This document shows positions 8,140 to 17,802 of a stretch of DNA of 64,000 nt, in pieces. Source of the stretch: Clostridia bacterium (GTDB lineage Bacteria; Bacillota; Clostridia; Oscillospirales; CAG-272); the NCBI GenBank assembly GCA_017621415.1, contig JAGATD010000033.1:5852-69851 (forward strand). Direction: 5' to 3'. Made by a program: the position numbers and the translations under genes. Numbering within the stretch: the first letter of the stretch is position 1; each line of letters opens with the position of its first letter. Under the pieces are notes generated by a model. That model was given only the letters and a program-made list of their open reading frames with translations, had not been told where the DNA came from and made no database searches.

Positions 8140-9783
8140 ATGGAAAAAATGAAAACAGGAAGAAAAAGTCTTCGAACAACACTGTTTAGTGCGCTTACCG
8201 CGGTGATTATAGTGCTTGTTTTGGGATTTAATCTTATATCAAATTACTTTAGCATACAGAAAGGGCTGTATGTAGACCTCACCCCGGAGGGTCTTTATTC
8301 TCTCACCGATGCTATGGTGAGGGAGTGCTCTTTTGTAGATGATCTTGATGACGGTGATAAGCAGGTTGAAATTATATTCTGTGCTGATCCTGACGTTCTT
8401 ATCGGAGCGCAGCTGTTAAGGCCTATTTACTTTATGTCTCTGCAGCTTCAGGAGCGGTTTGATAACATTGAGGTAAAAACTGTTAACCCGGAATATGACC
8501 CAACTTCTGTGGCGGCGTTTAAGCCTACCTCTCTATCCAAAATAGAAATCGGAGATATTATAATTTCATACGGCGGAAGATACCGTATACAAAAGCCTGC
8601 AAGCTTTTGGTCGTCGGGAAGCGACAACAGCATTACACACTACAACGGTGAGTATATAATGGCATCCTGCCTTATGTCTGTTACTGCAAAGAACCGTCCT
8701 GTAGCTTATTTTGTTACAAACCACGGTGAGACATATTATGACCCGGAGAATCCTTCGAGAGAAGAGAATCATTATGCCCAGGCGCTTTATGACCTTATTA
8801 CAGGTCGTGGTCTTGAGGTAAAAACTCTTGATTTGCTAGCCTCAGGCGGGGTTCCTGAGGATTGTATGCTTTTGGTTATTAACAATCCGCGCAGCGATTT
8901 TTCGGTAGATCCCGACAGACTTTCTGACCTCAGTTACATTTCAGAGACCGAGATGATTGACCGTTATCTCGTTAACAACCAGGGCTCTCTTATTGTTGCA
9001 AGAGACCACGCCCTTGACGAAAACGGGAAGTCCCGTCACCCCAACCTTGATAGTTTTCTTTGCGATTGGGGCTTTGAATTCACCGATGCCGTGGTTGAAG
9101 ATACCGACAATCATTTGGGCAACAGCATAACAACAATTTACGGTGAATACAGCACTGATGATGACAGCTTTGGCGCTTTGGTGTACAGCGATTTTGCTGC
9201 GCTCCCAACTGCGGCAAAGGTTGTATTCAGCGATGCGGGATATATAACCACATCATTTGACAGAGGTAACGCCTTCTATGAATCGGGAGACAATTCGGAG
9301 CGTCTCTTTATGTCCTTTATGGATTCCTTTGATTCCGCAAAGGCCAAAGCAAAGAGTGACGAATTCCCTCAAGACGGATATATCGATACCGTAAATCAGG
9401 GCAATATGACATTGGCGGCAATGACCGGCAGATATCATCTGGATGGCTATACCAATGTTGCTAAGCGCTCTAATGTATTTTGCGTTAACAGCGCAAGCTT
9501 CTTCTCAAACGAGATTCTTGGCAACTATTCTTACGCAAACCATGAGGTAATGTCGCTGCTTCTTGAGGAAATGCTCTTTAATGACCAGTATGCCTCAAAT
9601 GAGCTTGGCGGTTCGTCTGCCAACTTTGAAAATTATGGCGGAAAGAAGCTCGCCGACACAAGCCTTAACATAACCTCCAAGGCGCAGCTGGAGGTAAACG
9701 CATTCCCTATATTGCTCTTTGCTATTCCCGTGGGTGCTTTGGTGTGCGGTATTGTTGTTTATACTAAGCGCAAATATCTGTAA
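8140..9783 (+). CDS. GldG-like ABC-transporter auxiliary protein, copy 2
   Basis: 547 aa with TM helices at both ends. The motifs VAYFVTNHGE and LLVINNPRSDF parallel copy 1. Confidence 0.65.
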   Translation: MEKMKTGRKSLRTTLFSALTAVIIVLVLGFNLISNYFSIQKGLYVDLTPEGLYSLTDAMVRECSFVDDLDDGDKQVEIIFCADPDVLIGAQLLRPIYFMSLQLQERFDNIEVKTVNPEYDPTSVAAFKPTSLSKIEIGDIIISYGGRYRIQKPASFWSSGSDNSITHYNGEYIMASCLMSVTAKNRPVAYFVTNHGETYYDPENPSREENHYAQALYDLITGRGLEVKTLDLLASGGVPEDCMLLVINNPRSDFSVDPDRLSDLSYISETEMIDRYLVNNQGSLIVARDHALDENGKSRHPNLDSFLCDWGFEFTDAVVEDTDNHLGNSITTIYGEYSTDDDSFGALVYSDFAALPTAAKVVFSDAGYITTSFDRGNAFYESGDNSERLFMSFMDSFDSAKAKAKSDEFPQDGYIDTVNQGNMTLAAMTGRYHLDGYTNVAKRSNVFCVNSASFFSNEILGNYSYANHEVMSLLLEEMLFNDQYASNELGGSSANFENYGGKKLADTSLNITSKAQLEVNAFPILLFAIPVGALVCGIVVYTKRKYL

Positions 9784-9795
9784 GGAGGGCGAAAA

Positions 9796-12700
9796 ATGAT
9801 ACAAGTAAAAAAGACAAGAAAATCAAAAAATCTTCTGGCTATCATTGTTACCTCCTCGGTGCTTTTGCTTTTGATTATAGGACTTTTTGTTACGTGGTTC
9901 CTGGTGAATCAGCCGGTAGACGACCCGGTTGGTCCAGCTTCGCCCGGAAAAGATTTTTATCCCGATGTTGACAGCGATGATATAACGGGCTTTGAGATTT
10001 TGTATCCTGAAAAAGAAACGGTCGGAGAAAATCCGAAGCAGTCATTCGGCGCGGTTCTCGTGGGTGGAACATACTACTACTTCTATTATGACCAAAACGG
10101 TCAGAGGCGGGAGTATATGCCGCCTATAAATTCAGAAGAGTCCAGGTTTGATTACAAATCGCTTTATGCTTTGTCAGACGACGGCATGAACGTGCCCAAG
10201 ATAACCTATATTCTTTATGCTTTGGCAAATACCTCGTATAACTCACGTATTGAGATACCCGACCTTACGGATGAAGAAAAGGACAGTCAGCTTAAGGTTT
10301 ACGGTCTTGATAAAGCGAGCCGTAAAACCTGCTCGTTCACATATTCCAAGAAGGTGAAAAACGCAGAGGGGAAGGACGAAGATAAGGAATTCAGCGCAAC
10401 TGTGTATATAGGTAACAAGCTTGTTACAGGAACGGGCTATTATCTGATGGTAGATTATCCCAACACCGAAGAATACAACCAGCAGAGAGAAGAGCAAGGT
10501 AAGTATGTATACATTTCCTTTGGAGCAGAAAACTATACTTACGCGCTTGATGGCTTTGCCGCATTTGTTTCGCCCACTCTTGTAATGGGCGGTAACCTTG
10601 ATAAAAACGATAAGGCCGCATACTCTCAGCTTACGCCCTCTTACCGACAGTGGAAGAGTGTTGTTTGTGACGGAAAGGGTGAAAAAGTAAAGGAAAAAAC
10701 CAAGGTTGTTGTAAAGACCGATATACTCAGCTCTGCCTACACCTATTACGAGGACGGCAAGATTAAGAATATGTGGGTTGACGAGAACGGATATATCAGT
10801 TCTAAAAACGAAACAACCGAGATAGATCTTGAATACATTTCTTCAAATGATAACAAAAAGCTTGCCGAGGTGTTAATCGGTAAGGAAATCGGTGATTACA
10901 GCGATAATCCTATAACTCCGATAGTTGTCCTTGACCGCAACGAGGCGGATTTAGGCAAGACCTACGTATATAAGATCCACGAAATAGAATCTGTTATAGC
11001 CAGCGACGGAATAGAAAGATTTTCCGGAGCGGTTGCCGGCAATACTCTTGTAAAAGTGAGATATTCCTGCACTGTTGACGGTAAGGCTGTGACCTACAAC
11101 GTGGATAACGATGTTTATACCGACAAGCTTCACGGAATTATCGATCTTACTGACGAGCGTATTCCGTTAGATATCCGCAACAAAATTCTCACACTGAGTG
11201 TGGGTGCTTCTTTCGCTCCAATGGAATTTGATACGGTGTATACAGAAGGGAATTCCTCGTCTGCCACCTTCGAATTCAGAATCAAGCACATATCTCATAT
11301 TATAAGTGCTGAAACCGGCGCCAAGTCGGATACCATATCTGATAAAACTATAGTAAACTTTGTCTACCAGGTTCTTCATAACGGTGTGGAGACAACCGAG
11401 GATTCAATGTCATTTGATCTTACGCTGGAAACAGAAAAGCTTGATGAAATGGAGCTTGCTATAAGAAATGCGCTTCTGGGCGCAAAAAAGGAAGAAACCG
11501 GCGCTTACGAAAAGAATATTACAGCTTATACAGCAAAGACGTATTATCAGCTGGTTAAGAGCTTTGTTTCTTACAGCATAAGTGAAATAAGCTACTTTGT
11601 AGCCAGCGAAGAGATAGTAAGCTTCAAGTATGCCAACAAATCCGAGCGTGACCCGTTCTACGGTGAGGCTATACATGTAAATACTCTTCAAAATCACAAG
11701 TACAGCACTTACGCACTTGATATGTCGGCCTGCGACAGAGTAATAAAGGTTCTGAGCGGAACACTTCTCGGTAGCTCCTCTACTACTTTTGAAGGACTTT
11801 CGGGCGACAAGGTTGTCGCTATTGGATTGACTCCTGAGAATATGGAACGCTACGGTCTATACGCGTACACTGTATACTACGAAATACCAAGATTTGTTGA
11901 TAGCACAACAGTAGACGACAGTACCGAATATTCCTGGTGGGATTCGGTTGGCTTTACTCTTTATATCAGCAAGAAAGATCCCATTACAGGAAAAAGATAT
12001 GTCGGCTCTGATATGTATAATCTTGTAGTCGAGATGGAAGGGGAGATCTTTGATTTTGTTGAAGAGGATTTTGTAGATTTCTGGGCGCGCCGCGATATGT
12101 TTATGGTTGACCAGGCTGATGTTAAATACTTTAATGCCGAGTTCAACCTTGAGGGATTTAAAGGAAAATACAGCTTCCAGGTTGATCATCCTACAATGTG
12201 GATAGTAAACTATATGAACGGTACTACAAAGCTTCTTCCTACAGAGCCTGCGGATGATGCGGAGGGCGTAAAGGAAAAGGCTCCTTATGAGGCTACCTAT
12301 GTTTATGTTGATGCTCTCGACTTTGACGGAGCAACACAAACCCTGCTTCTCGAACGGCTTAAGGCTGAGGGACCGTATAAAGGTAAAGACGGCATTCACA
12401 TTCATTCAATCTACAATTACCTCTATGAAAACGGACTGTCAAGCGACAAACAAACCGTTAATTACGATTACCTCGGCGACTCCTGCTTCAAGGATATGCT
12501 TTATATCTTATACGGAACGAGATATTCCGGAACATTAAGCGAGGAAGAAGTCGCTGACGCAAGGTCAAGAGGCGCGGTTATGTCGCTGTCTATGGTTGTT
12601 GAGGGCTCACAGGTCGATAATGTTTATAATTTCTATTACACGTCAAATGGCAGAGTTGCTGTTGAGATAGATGACGGTGTGAGACAAACATGCTTATTCT

Positions 12701-12798
12701 ATATCACTAACCATAGCTTTAAGATGGTCGTAAATGCATTTGTGAATCTTCTAAACGGAAAAACTATGAATTTTAGCGGAAGTTATATGAATCGATAA
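9796..12798 (+). CDS. large membrane-anchored extracytoplasmic protein, function unknown (sits where DUF4340-type partners of GldG operons usually occur)
   Basis: 1000-aa ORF preceded by RBS AAGGAGGG. It has a single N-terminal TM helix (LLAIIVTSSVLLLLIIGLFVTWFLV) and I recognised no catalytic motif. The DUF4340 analogy is inference from position only. Confidence 0.6.
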   Translation: MIQVKKTRKSKNLLAIIVTSSVLLLLIIGLFVTWFLVNQPVDDPVGPASPGKDFYPDVDSDDITGFEILYPEKETVGENPKQSFGAVLVGGTYYYFYYDQNGQRREYMPPINSEESRFDYKSLYALSDDGMNVPKITYILYALANTSYNSRIEIPDLTDEEKDSQLKVYGLDKASRKTCSFTYSKKVKNAEGKDEDKEFSATVYIGNKLVTGTGYYLMVDYPNTEEYNQQREEQGKYVYISFGAENYTYALDGFAAFVSPTLVMGGNLDKNDKAAYSQLTPSYRQWKSVVCDGKGEKVKEKTKVVVKTDILSSAYTYYEDGKIKNMWVDENGYISSKNETTEIDLEYISSNDNKKLAEVLIGKEIGDYSDNPITPIVVLDRNEADLGKTYVYKIHEIESVIASDGIERFSGAVAGNTLVKVRYSCTVDGKAVTYNVDNDVYTDKLHGIIDLTDERIPLDIRNKILTLSVGASFAPMEFDTVYTEGNSSSATFEFRIKHISHIISAETGAKSDTISDKTIVNFVYQVLHNGVETTEDSMSFDLTLETEKLDEMELAIRNALLGAKKEETGAYEKNITAYTAKTYYQLVKSFVSYSISEISYFVASEEIVSFKYANKSERDPFYGEAIHVNTLQNHKYSTYALDMSACDRVIKVLSGTLLGSSSTTFEGLSGDKVVAIGLTPENMERYGLYAYTVYYEIPRFVDSTTVDDSTEYSWWDSVGFTLYISKKDPITGKRYVGSDMYNLVVEMEGEIFDFVEEDFVDFWARRDMFMVDQADVKYFNAEFNLEGFKGKYSFQVDHPTMWIVNYMNGTTKLLPTEPADDAEGVKEKAPYEATYVYVDALDFDGATQTLLLERLKAEGPYKGKDGIHIHSIYNYLYENGLSSDKQTVNYDYLGDSCFKDMLYILYGTRYSGTLSEEEVADARSRGAVMSLSMVVEGSQVDNVYNFYYTSNGRVAVEIDDGVRQTCLFYITNHSFKMVVNAFVNLLNGKTMNFSGSYMNR

Positions 12799-12826
12799 AA
12801 ATATTTGATAAAGTTTCAAAAAATGT

Positions 12827-12855
12827 TTGCATTTTTGACCGCAATGTGATATAAT
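12827..12855 (+). promoter_or_regulatory. sigma-A promoter (extended -10)
   Basis: TTGCAT-17 nt-TATAAT with TGa upstream of the -10 (ttgcatttttgaccgcaatgtgatataat). Confidence 0.5.
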
Positions 12856-12902
12856 AACTTGTAATCTAAATTATTTTAAATAAAGGTATAAGGATTTTAG
12901 AC

Positions 12903-15050
12903 ATGAAAAACAAGATTATTGCTTTATTTCTTGTTGTAGTTATGGCGACCCTTGCGCTTGCAAGCTGCTCTCAGCCCTATGACTACACAGACGGAAATCT
13001 GGATGAATATATCCAGGTAAGCGACGGCTTCCTTAAGGCTCTTAAGGAGATAAAAATTGAGGATGCTGATTTTACTACCGACGAGGCTACAAGACAAAAT
13101 AAGGTTACCGCCAGCATCTACTCCACTCTTGCAAGCTTTGCTGAAAAGAACGGTGAGAAGAAGACCGACGGAACAATGAATGATGACGACACATTCTATT
13201 ATGCGTATTACATTACCTATACAAAAGACGGTAAAACATATGCGTATGATGTTGATGAGTTCATGAAAGAGACCGCGTCTCCCAAGAAGAGCATTAAGCT
13301 TTCGGCTATTGATGTAAATGATGAGGATGCCGATGCGCTTTCGGTTGCTATTAAAAAGGCTCTCTTCAGCGATACCGTAAAGACTTATGATTTCAATGGA
13401 TACAGCACTGTAACAACAGCGAAAACCGATATTAACAAGGATAAGGAATTCGCTACCGCGATCGTCTCTTACACACTCACAACAGGCGAGGGTGATACAA
13501 AGCAGGTTCAGGTTGCTGATGCTGCTATAATCAATCTTAAGCCCGCAGAAGGCGACAATAGCATTGAGGCTCAGATAGCTAAGGTTCTTACAGGCAAGGA
13601 CAACAAGGTTCAGATCTTTGATAAGGACAACTATGTAGAGGTTTGCACCGGTGTTGATGGCGACAACAAGACATATGATAACAAGTTTACTGTTACCGAC
13701 GGTGAGACCACATACACCTGCACCAACCTTAAGGTTCTCTTTGCTGCAGACAAGGCAGGCACGGAAATAAAGGTTGATGGAATAAAGCTTGATGCCGATA
13801 AGAGCAAGATAGACAGCCGTCATCCCGAGGGTGAAACTCTCAAGGTTGAAAAGAATACAGAGGTTACCTACCACGTTTACCCTGTATACTACTATGAGGT
13901 TTCTTCTGCTGATTCCGCAGAGGCAATAGTACGCGAGGCTCTTGCCGACAAGGTTACTGTTAATTCTCTTGATATATTCGCTGACGAGACCTACAAGAAC
14001 GGTGACAAGACTGTAAAGGCTCTTGTTGAGGAGCTTGTTAAGGTTTATTCCGATAATACCTCTACTAAGATAGCAGAGCTTAAGAAGGCATACGATGCAG
14101 CGGCAAAGGCTGTTACCGATGCAGGCGAGAACGCAACAGATGCTCAGAAGACTGCTGAGGCTGATGCCAAGAAGGCATACGAGGATGCTAAGAATGCTGC
14201 GACAAACAAGGTTAAAGAGATTGTTGCCGCTACAAAAGAAGGCGCTGAAAAGACTGTAAGCCAGCTTATAGTTGAACAGTATAGAGAAAGCGTTTACGAG
14301 AATCTCGAGGAGGCTTACAACGAAGATATAATTGAGAAAGTTGGCGAAGCAATCTGGAAGCTTATCGACACTCATGCGGTTCTTAAGGAATCTAACAGAT
14401 ATCCCGCTGAGCTTATCGAGGAGTCAAAGGCTCATCTCTATAACCAGTATGAACACGATTTCTATACAGGTGAGAACGAAACCACTCACACCTCTTACTA
14501 CTCCGAGTATAACGGCGACTTTGATGCATATCTTGTTTCTGTAACCAAGGCTTCCAGCCTTGACGGCGTTGATGCTAAGATTGAGGAGCAGGCAAAGGCA
14601 TTTGTTCTTCCCATAATGAAGCTTTATGCGGTTGCTAAGGTTCTTGAGGAGGGCTCGGCTGTTCTTTCTCAGCAGATTGCAGACAACAAGGCAGTTATCG
14701 AGGACTTTGCTGATCACGGTACACGCAGAGAATTTGAGACTGTTGAGTTCTTCGCTAAAAACTTCTATATCACCGATGAGGTATTCGAGGAATACAAGAA
14801 GATGGTTGGTAAGAATGAGTTCGAGAGCGCTATGAATTCTTACGGTGGTGAGACTAACATTCGCATAGCTCATCAGGTAAGCAACATCTTTGACTACCTT
14901 CTCATGGTTGATTACGATGAGCCCGAGGCAGCAGAGGGCGAGCACGTTCATGCTGAGATAACCTACAAGGAATTAGAGGGCGGCGAGAAGGTTGTTCCTT
15001 TCTACAATGTGTCTTACACAATCAAGTCGGAGAGCAATTCAGACAAATAA
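12903..15050 (+). CDS. lipoprotein with a trigger-factor-like C-terminal region, function unknown
   Basis: 715 aa. The signal peptide with lipobox is MKNKIIALFLVVVMATLALASC. The protein is rich in Lys, Glu, Asp and Ala. Its C-terminal half is paralogous to the 603-aa protein at 15629..17440 (VSQL, EAIWKLI/EAMWNHY, YPAELIEE/YPKAKVDD). Confidence 0.7.
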   Translation: MKNKIIALFLVVVMATLALASCSQPYDYTDGNLDEYIQVSDGFLKALKEIKIEDADFTTDEATRQNKVTASIYSTLASFAEKNGEKKTDGTMNDDDTFYYAYYITYTKDGKTYAYDVDEFMKETASPKKSIKLSAIDVNDEDADALSVAIKKALFSDTVKTYDFNGYSTVTTAKTDINKDKEFATAIVSYTLTTGEGDTKQVQVADAAIINLKPAEGDNSIEAQIAKVLTGKDNKVQIFDKDNYVEVCTGVDGDNKTYDNKFTVTDGETTYTCTNLKVLFAADKAGTEIKVDGIKLDADKSKIDSRHPEGETLKVEKNTEVTYHVYPVYYYEVSSADSAEAIVREALADKVTVNSLDIFADETYKNGDKTVKALVEELVKVYSDNTSTKIAELKKAYDAAAKAVTDAGENATDAQKTAEADAKKAYEDAKNAATNKVKEIVAATKEGAEKTVSQLIVEQYRESVYENLEEAYNEDIIEKVGEAIWKLIDTHAVLKESNRYPAELIEESKAHLYNQYEHDFYTGENETTHTSYYSEYNGDFDAYLVSVTKASSLDGVDAKIEEQAKAFVLPIMKLYAVAKVLEEGSAVLSQQIADNKAVIEDFADHGTRREFETVEFFAKNFYITDEVFEEYKKMVGKNEFESAMNSYGGETNIRIAHQVSNIFDYLLMVDYDEPEAAEGEHVHAEITYKELEGGEKVVPFYNVSYTIKSESNSDK

Positions 15051-15102
15051 TTATTGACATCCAGGCGATGCGATTGTCCCGCATCACCGCACTAAACAAA
15101 AA

Positions 15103-15134
15103 ACGGACGAACCTTTAAGCTCGTCCGTTTTTTT
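15103..15134 (+). terminator. intrinsic terminator
   Basis: Hairpin acggacga/tcgtccgt followed by T7. Confidence 0.75.
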
Positions 15135-15161
15135 ACCAAACAGCATAACAAGACTTCGGAG

Positions 15162-15605
15162 GTGCGTTTTTTGAAAGAGGTTGAGCTATATACAGACGGC
15201 GCATGCCGAGGCAATCCCGGAAGAGGCGGTTGGGGTGCTATTCTGGTTTACGGGAAGCACGAGCGAGAGCTTTCGGGCGGCGACCCCAACACTACAAACA
15301 ACCGTATGGAGCTTATGGCAGCAATAGCAGGCCTTGAGGCTCTTAAGGAACCCTGTACAGTAACTCTTTATTCCGATTCAAAGTATCTTGTAGATGCTTT
15401 CCTGTTGGGATGGGTAGAGTCATGGAAAGCCGCAGGTTGGAAAAGAGGCCGCGATGAATTAAAAAACCCCGACCTTTGGGAAAGACTTTATGCTCTTACC
15501 GAGGTGCACAAGGTTGCCTTTGTTTGGGTAAAGGGTCATAACGGCCATGACTACAATGAGCGTTGCGATGCTCTGGCTACATCATTTGCAGATTCTTTTA
15601 ATTAA
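15162..15605 (+). CDS. rnhA: ribonuclease HI
   Basis: [38 protein letters not shown] and a C-terminal [14 protein letters not shown]. The start is either GTG at 15162 or, more likely, the in-frame TTG at 15171, 8 nt after GGAGG. Confidence 0.9.
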   Translation: MRFLKEVELYTDGACRGNPGRGGWGAILVYGKHERELSGGDPNTTNNRMELMAAIAGLEALKEPCTVTLYSDSKYLVDAFLLGWVESWKAAGWKRGRDELKNPDLWERLYALTEVHKVAFVWVKGHNGHDYNERCDALATSFADSFN

Positions 15606-15628
15606 TATAATATACAAGGAAGATTAAA

Positions 15629-17440
15629 GTGAAAAAAAGCAGCAGTAATATTAAAAAAAGCTCCATAAAGGGCACGGCTGCAGCGCCTGTCAAGAAGATT
15701 AAAAATGCAGAATCTTCGCCAAAGCTTGGAGCAAAGAACATAACCTTAATTGTTGTTTCGGCTATACTCGTGGTAGCGCTTATAGTTGGAATAATTTTCA
15801 TTTGCATAGACCATGCGCAGACAGAGGCAGATAAGGACTTTGACTACGTAAAGAGCGATATAACCAATTATATCAACATAGATAAAAGTGTATATAAGGA
15901 TTACAGTGTCAAGCTTGATATTGCTAAGCCAAAGGATATTGATGTTGATGTAACCCTATTTAATCTGCTTGCAACTAAAAAGGGGGCTTCAAAGAATAGC
16001 GCTCTTGCTCAGTATAGCGGATATATTGACGCAGGAGATATCGCTAAAATTTACTATCGCGGATACACTCTTGACGATGATGGAAACCAGGTTGTGTTTG
16101 ACACTAACTTGGGTCAAATGAACTCATCAAGCAAGGAGTATGTCCCCACCTCGCTTGTTGTAGGTGTTGGCGTGAATACGGGAGAGGATAGCTATTATTC
16201 ATTCCCGCCCGGATTTGACCTTAACCTTGCGGGCGCAGGCAGCCTTACGGGACAGGGCAGATATTTTGACTCTAAGAACAACTTTAAGCGAATTACATCG
16301 GGAGCTGTAAATAACGGTCAGATAATATATATCAGTTATACTCGCCAGCTTGACGGAAGCACAGCTTCGTCGGACAAGATTAACCGAAGCGCTGAAAGAA
16401 TAGTTCTAGCTGACGGCAAGGAAAAGATCGATGCAAAATATGGAGAGGGATTCTACGATAAACTTCTGTCGCTTACTATCAATTCAACCGATAAGGCTAC
16501 ATTTACAGGAACGGTTAGCGGGAAAAAGTATAATTACACGGATATAAAAATAGACTTTGCAACAGAGTGTGAGAATGAAGAGACCTACATTCTTATTAAG
16601 TGCTACATTCCTTATGATTATTCTATAACCACCTTAAGAAATAAGGAAGCATACTACGAGGTATATGTTGAGTCTATCGTAGAGTATGAAGAAAAGAAGC
16701 TTACTAACGAATTTGTTGAAGAAAATCTTAAGGATAAAAACTTTGGTGTAACCGAAGAGGACCTTGATAAGTTTGAGGGTGACAGAGTAAGCCAGCTGAA
16801 GCAGCACGTAAAGAAGCTTATTGACGAGGATTATGAGGAGCTCTACAAGCAGAAGCTTGAAGAGGCAATGTGGAATCATTACCACGAAAAAACAAAAAAT
16901 GTAGCTCAATATCCTAAGGCAAAGGTTGACGATGTATATAACGAGTACTTTAATGACGTTCTCGAGCAGTTCAACAATAGCGGCGGAGCATACACCGATC
17001 CTTATTTTGGTACACAAGAGACGTATGAGACGATAGATGAATATGCCGTAGCATATCTCGGTCTCACTTATTCCGAAAACAAGGATTGGAGAGCGCATCT
17101 CCGTTCACTTGCGGAAAATCTGGTTAAGGAAAGACTTATACTCTTCTATATTCTTAAGGAAGAAAATCTTATGCCTACCGCTGAGGAGCTTGCGGCAAGG
17201 AAAAAGCAGGTTGAGGATGAGTATCTTGAGGAATATATTTATCAGTATTCCGCAGAGTATGATATAGACAAGGACACCTACTCTAAGGAAGAGTGGGAAA
17301 AGTTTGAGGCTGACAGATACAAGGAGCTTCATGACTATTATGACGACGACTACTTCACCGAGATAGCTTATTATGAAATAGGTCTTGATGTATTCCTAAC
17401 ATGGCCTAAGGTAACAACCCTTGACGGGGAAGTAAAATAG
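15629..17440 (+). CDS. membrane-anchored trigger-factor/FKBP-like protein, function unknown
   Basis: 603 aa with a GTG start after AAGGAAG and an N-terminal TM anchor (ITLIVVSAILVVALIVGIIFICI). An FKBP/trigger-factor-like stretch is present (GDIAKIYYRGYTLDDDGNQVVFD ... PPGFDLNLAGAG). The C-terminal helical region ends in AENLVKERLILFYILKEENL, like the trigger factor C-domain. Confidence 0.55.
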   Translation: MKKSSSNIKKSSIKGTAAAPVKKIKNAESSPKLGAKNITLIVVSAILVVALIVGIIFICIDHAQTEADKDFDYVKSDITNYINIDKSVYKDYSVKLDIAKPKDIDVDVTLFNLLATKKGASKNSALAQYSGYIDAGDIAKIYYRGYTLDDDGNQVVFDTNLGQMNSSSKEYVPTSLVVGVGVNTGEDSYYSFPPGFDLNLAGAGSLTGQGRYFDSKNNFKRITSGAVNNGQIIYISYTRQLDGSTASSDKINRSAERIVLADGKEKIDAKYGEGFYDKLLSLTINSTDKATFTGTVSGKKYNYTDIKIDFATECENEETYILIKCYIPYDYSITTLRNKEAYYEVYVESIVEYEEKKLTNEFVEENLKDKNFGVTEEDLDKFEGDRVSQLKQHVKKLIDEDYEELYKQKLEEAMWNHYHEKTKNVAQYPKAKVDDVYNEYFNDVLEQFNNSGGAYTDPYFGTQETYETIDEYAVAYLGLTYSENKDWRAHLRSLAENLVKERLILFYILKEENLMPTAEELAARKKQVEDEYLEEYIYQYSAEYDIDKDTYSKEEWEKFEADRYKELHDYYDDDYFTEIAYYEIGLDVFLTWPKVTTLDGEVK

Positions 17441-17447
17441 TTTTTTG

Positions 17448-17484
17448 CGAATCTGCAAACTTTTGTTTGCAGATTCGTTTTTTT
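17448..17484 (+). terminator. intrinsic terminator
   Basis: 13-bp hairpin cgaatctgcaaac/gtttgcagattcg followed by T7. Confidence 0.85.
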
Positions 17485-17539
17485 ATTATATTTTTGTTTA
17501 TATGTGAGATAATAGTAGTATAAATAAAGGAGGAGAACA

Positions 17540-17713
17540 ATGTTTTTTAACAAGCACGAAAAGAAAAGCGCACACCCTTATGCCTGGCTGGCTGTATTTT
17601 CACTTGCGGCAGCAGGAGTTATAAGCATCGGACGGCGCAGCATGGACTTTGTTATGGAAAAATCCCGGTGCATTAAGGATATGGTAAAGAGTAAAACCGA
17701 CTCGATGATGTAA
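17540..17713 (+). CDS. 57-aa small membrane protein (below the ORF-track length cut-off)
   Basis: ATG at 17540 follows the strong SD AAAGGAGGAG. The product is MFFNKHEKKSAHPYAWLAVFSLAAAGVISIGRRSMDFVMEKSRCIKDMVKSKTDSMM, with one hydrophobic helix. Confidence 0.5.
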   Translation: MFFNKHEKKSAHPYAWLAVFSLAAAGVISIGRRSMDFVMEKSRCIKDMVKSKTDSMM

Positions 17714-17802
17714 CAGTCCTGCTGGCAAACCGCCCGAAAAAGCATATAATAACGGTGGGTGAGTATTACCCAATTGTTATTGCGTTTAAGGTTGGACACA
17801 AG

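Noticed and set aside
12924-14375. 483-aa minus-strand ORF antisense to the 715-aa lipoprotein gene
   Set aside because: The sense gene uses mostly GAN, AAG and GCN codons, whose reverse complements rarely give stops. The antisense translation is Leu/Ile/Cys/Asn-rich nonsense with no start context.
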